From an uncultured Gemmatimonadales bacterium (lineage in GTDB: Bacteria; Gemmatimonadota; Gemmatimonadetes; Longimicrobiales; Gaopeijiaceae): a DNA stretch of 64,000 bases. Positions 60,821 to 64,000 of the stretch are shown in pieces; position 1 is the stretch's first letter; every line of letters starts with the position of its first letter. The position numbers were made by a program, and so were the translations under genes. The notes under the pieces are model-generated. The model was not told the origin of the DNA, made no database searches, and was given only the letters and a program-made list of their open reading frames with translations. The stretch is taken from the NCBI GenBank assembly GCA_963809895.1, contig CAWELD010000003.1, positions 2,752,001 to 2,816,000 of the forward strand, written 5' to 3'.

Positions 60821-61915
60821 ATGGCCCGACCCCGTTCTGCCCTCGCCCCCATCTTTATCCTCGCCCTCACGGCGTGCGGCCCGGCCACGGCGGACCGCCC
60901 GGACGACGGCGACGGCGGCTCCGATCCTGCGGGCTGGGCGCTGGTGCTCGAGCCTCAGCAGGCGGCCACCGACGCCCTCCTGCAGGCGGTGAGCCCCGTG
61001 GACGAGCGCGTGGTGTGGGTGAGCGGCCATGCGGGCACCTGGGCGCGCTCCACCGACGGCGGCTCCACCTGGACCGTGGGTGTCGTGCCTGGTGCGGATT
61101 CCCTCCAGTTCCGCGACGTGGCGGCCGTGGATTCCATGACGGCGGTCCTCATGAGCGCCGGCACCGGAAGCCTCTCCCGCATCTTGCGCACCGACGATGG
61201 CGGCACGACCTGGAGCGAGACGTTCGTCATGGACCACCCCGACGGCTTCCTGGACTGCATGGCGTTCCTGGACGGCAACCTCGGGCTCGTCTACGGCGAC
61301 TCCACCGACGGACAGCTCTATCTCCTGCGCACCAACGACGGGGGGCGCAGCTGGAGTCGCGTCGCCGCAGACGCGCTCCCCGAGGCCCTCGACGGCGAGG
61401 GCGGCTTTGCCGCCAGCGGCTCCTGCGTCGCCGCCGAGCTGGACGCGAGCTATTGGGTCGCTACCGGTGCGGGCTCGCATCCGAGACTCCTCACCAGCCA
61501 CGACGCCGGGGACACCTGGTCGGTGCAGGATCTCCCTCTGGCCGCGGGCCCGTCGGCCGGAGCGACCACGGTCGGCTTCCTGCCCGACGGCCGGGGGTTC
61601 GCGCTGGGCGGCGTCATCGGTGGCGAGGTGCAGGGTGAGCGCGTGGCGGTCAGCCCTCCGGAGTCGCCGCTCTTCGAGCCCGGCGGGCCCCTGGTGATGA
61701 GCGGGCCCGTCTACGGCGCGGCCTGGGTGCGCGGGCTGGACGCTCCCACGCTGGTGGCCGTGGGCCCCGGTGGCATGGACTGGTCCCGCGATGGAGGCCG
61801 CACCTGGGCCTCGGCCGATACCCTCACCTACTGGGCCGTGGAGTTCGCTTCGCCCGAAGCCGGCTGGGCCGTGGGGCCCGGCGGGCGAATCACGCACCTG
61901 CGGGTGGCACGATGA
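60821..61915 (+). CDS. BNR/Asp-box beta-propeller lipoprotein (Ycf48-like)
   Basis: LTAC lipobox; repeated (S/T)xDGGxTW; GEGGFAASG. Confidence 0.85.
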   Translation: MARPRSALAPIFILALTACGPATADRPDDGDGGSDPAGWALVLEPQQAATDALLQAVSPVDERVVWVSGHAGTWARSTDGGSTWTVGVVPGADSLQFRDVAAVDSMTAVLMSAGTGSLSRILRTDDGGTTWSETFVMDHPDGFLDCMAFLDGNLGLVYGDSTDGQLYLLRTNDGGRSWSRVAADALPEALDGEGGFAASGSCVAAELDASYWVATGAGSHPRLLTSHDAGDTWSVQDLPLAAGPSAGATTVGFLPDGRGFALGGVIGGEVQGERVAVSPPESPLFEPGGPLVMSGPVYGAAWVRGLDAPTLVAVGPGGMDWSRDGGRTWASADTLTYWAVEFASPEAGWAVGPGGRITHLRVAR

Positions 61916-63381
61916 ACGCGGCCCGCGCCAGCCGCTCCCTGACGGTGCCGGCCACCCTGCTCCTCCTGCTGACGTCGGGATTTTCGCCGGCGGTGGGCCA
62001 GACGACAGCCGAGCTTCGCCAGGGTGATCTCCTGGTAGTCGGTGGACGCCTCTTCGACGGCACGGCGGACGCCGCTCGCGCGAACCCCGGGATCCTGGTA
62101 CGCAACGGGACCATCATGGCGCTGGGGGTGTCCGCCGCCGGGGCGCCCGAAGGGGTGCGCGTGGTGCGCGTCCCCGACGGCTCCACGGTTCTCCCCGGGC
62201 TCTTCGACCTCCACGCTCACTACGCCGTGGATCTCTTCGGCGAGGGTCGCGTCGACGAGACGGTGGTCAATCCGGTGATCTTCCTGGCCAACGGGGTCAC
62301 CTCCACCTTTCCCGCAGGCGAGGTGGACCCGCCGGCCTTCGACGAGGCCGTGGCCGCTATCGACGCCGGCACCCGGCCGGGACCGCGCATCCACCGGTCG
62401 GGGCCCTACTTCGGCAGCGCGCGCCCCGGTTGGGACGCCGACGCCATGACACCCGACTCCATCCGAGCGGAGGTGGACTACTGGGCCGGCCGCGGCGTGC
62501 GGGGCTTCAAGGCCAAGGGAATCCAGCCGGATCAACTGGAGGCGCTCGTGGAGAGGGCGCACTTTCACGGGCTGACCGTCACCGGACATCTGGGCTCGGG
62601 CTTCCGCGCCACGGTGAATCCCCGAGACGCCATCCTCATGGGGATCGATCGGGTGGAGCATTTCCTGGGCGGCGACGTCATGCCCGCGGACCGCTCGGCG
62701 TACGCCTCACTGGAGGCGCTGGACCTGGACGACCCCGACACGCGTCGGCTGATCGACGAGGAGGTACGCCGGTTCATCGACCACCACGTCTACTTCGACG
62801 CCACGCTTACGGCCTACGACTACTTCGCCGACAAAGAGCCCGCCGTCTACGGGTACTGGTACGACGAGAGGGGTCTCCTCACCCCGTACGCCCGCGAGGT
62901 GGTGGAGGCCCGGCTCCCCCGACGTCCTCTCGACCAGTTCGGCCGCATCTACCGGGTCAAGCACCGCACGGTGAAGGCGTTCGTGGAGGACGGCGGCGCG
63001 CCTCTCCTCACTGTGGGAACCGACCACCCGAGCTGGGGCGAATTCTTCTCCGGATTCGGAGTACACCGGGAGATGCAGGCCCTGGTCCAGGCGGGTATCG
63101 AGCCCGCCGTGGTCCTTCGGGCCGCCACCACCAACGCGGCGCACGCGCTGGGACTGGACGGCGTACTGGGCACCGTCGAGCCCGGCAAATACGCGGACCT
63201 GGTGGTGGTGGAGGGGGATCCCCTCGCCGACATCACCGCCACCCGGCGGGTGCGGACCGTCATCCGCTCGGGCCGCGTCTACGATCCCGCGGCCCTGTTG
63301 GCCTCGGTGCGCGGACAACTCGGCCCGCGCTCCGAAGCGGAGGCGGACTGGTGGAAGGGCTCCCTGCGCCTGGGCCGCTGA
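61912..63381 (+). CDS. Exported metal-dependent amidohydrolase
   Basis: LPGLFDLHAH, FKAK, VTGH, VEH, GTDHP, G.VEPGKYADLVVV.GDP. Confidence 0.88.
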   Translation: MNAARASRSLTVPATLLLLLTSGFSPAVGQTTAELRQGDLLVVGGRLFDGTADAARANPGILVRNGTIMALGVSAAGAPEGVRVVRVPDGSTVLPGLFDLHAHYAVDLFGEGRVDETVVNPVIFLANGVTSTFPAGEVDPPAFDEAVAAIDAGTRPGPRIHRSGPYFGSARPGWDADAMTPDSIRAEVDYWAGRGVRGFKAKGIQPDQLEALVERAHFHGLTVTGHLGSGFRATVNPRDAILMGIDRVEHFLGGDVMPADRSAYASLEALDLDDPDTRRLIDEEVRRFIDHHVYFDATLTAYDYFADKEPAVYGYWYDERGLLTPYAREVVEARLPRRPLDQFGRIYRVKHRTVKAFVEDGGAPLLTVGTDHPSWGEFFSGFGVHREMQALVQAGIEPAVVLRAATTNAAHALGLDGVLGTVEPGKYADLVVVEGDPLADITATRRVRTVIRSGRVYDPAALLASVRGQLGPRSEAEADWWKGSLRLGR

Positions 63382-63394
63382 TCACATCCCAGGA

Positions 63395-64000
63395 TCAGCT
63401 GCCGGGAGCCTCGGCGTGGCACGCTCCGCACGTGGAGAGGATCCGACCGTACAGCACGCCCCTGGCTTCGGGGTCCGAGGTCTCTACGGCCTCGCGGGCG
63501 AGCTCCCTCAGACGGACGGCGTGTCGCTCGGCCGCACTCGACAGCCGGGTCGTCGCCATGTCGTCCTCGGCCATCAACTCGGCTCCCAACCTCCAGGCCT
63601 CGTCCGACGGAGCCAACAGGCCTTCCCACAGCCTGTCCGCAGCCCACACGTGCCGCACCATGTGTCGGCCGAATCCCTCGCCTTCCGGGGGTGGCTGCTG
63701 GTAGCTGATCCGCGGTCCCCCGTCGAACGCGACGTGACACGCGCCGCACGCGGCGGCCAGACGGCCCGTGGCCACGGCAGCCTCACCGTAGATGCCGGCG
63801 TCACGGATCTCGCGGGCCCGATCCTGCACGGCCCGGACGTAGGCGATGGATTCCAGCCCCATGTCCGGCAAGCGGTCGACGGCCCATATGGCCTCCGCGG
63901 CGGGACGCGCGGCCTGGAGGTCGCCACGCAGGATCGCCATCTGGATGCGAGATGCGGCTTCGAAGTGACCGCGCATGAAATTCTGCGTGGCGTTACCGGG
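63395..64000 (-). CDS. Diheme c-type cytochrome with two cytochrome c'-like helical domains, 5'-truncated
   Basis: Two CGACH motifs, each at the end of a helical ~95-aa unit. Confidence 0.7.
   Translation of the reverse strand, partial: PGNATQNFMRGHFEAASRIQMAILRGDLQAARPAAEAIWAVDRLPDMGLESIAYVRAVQDRAREIRDAGIYGEAAVATGRLAAACGACHVAFDGGPRISYQQPPPEGEGFGRHMVRHVWAADRLWEGLLAPSDEAWRLGAELMAEDDMATTRLSSAAERHAVRLRELAREAVETSDPEARGVLYGRILSTCGACHAEAPGS

Overview
Very GC-rich bacterial window with about 55 genes, no rRNA, tRNA or CRISPR array and no transposase. The gene content (four PadR plus orphan MacB-like permease pairs, DUF5916, an ECF sigma/Ser-Thr kinase pair, a TonB receptor) points to a diderm of the Gemmatimonadota/Acidobacteriota type; this is inference. 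Bases 1-8 kb hold an anaerobic benzoyl-CoA degradation operon (had-oah-SDR-dch-bcrC-bcrB-two short ATPase subunits) ending in an unknown small CxxC protein. The rest includes ferritin, ettA, a 356-bp MITE-like element, PadR/permease modules each with its own operator-like motif, a secreted RIHGVT-repeat protein and a 40-aa sORF with a possible xAPP arrest-type leader upstream. It also holds a two-component/TonB/7TM module, a cytochrome c-copper monooxygenase-TPR fusion, a glycosyltransferase cluster, a Tat amidase with a small partner, SBP56, SCO and a CtaG-PCuAC fusion. Several genes carry clustered frameshifts that look like long-read assembly errors. All product calls come from motif recognition; no database search was run.
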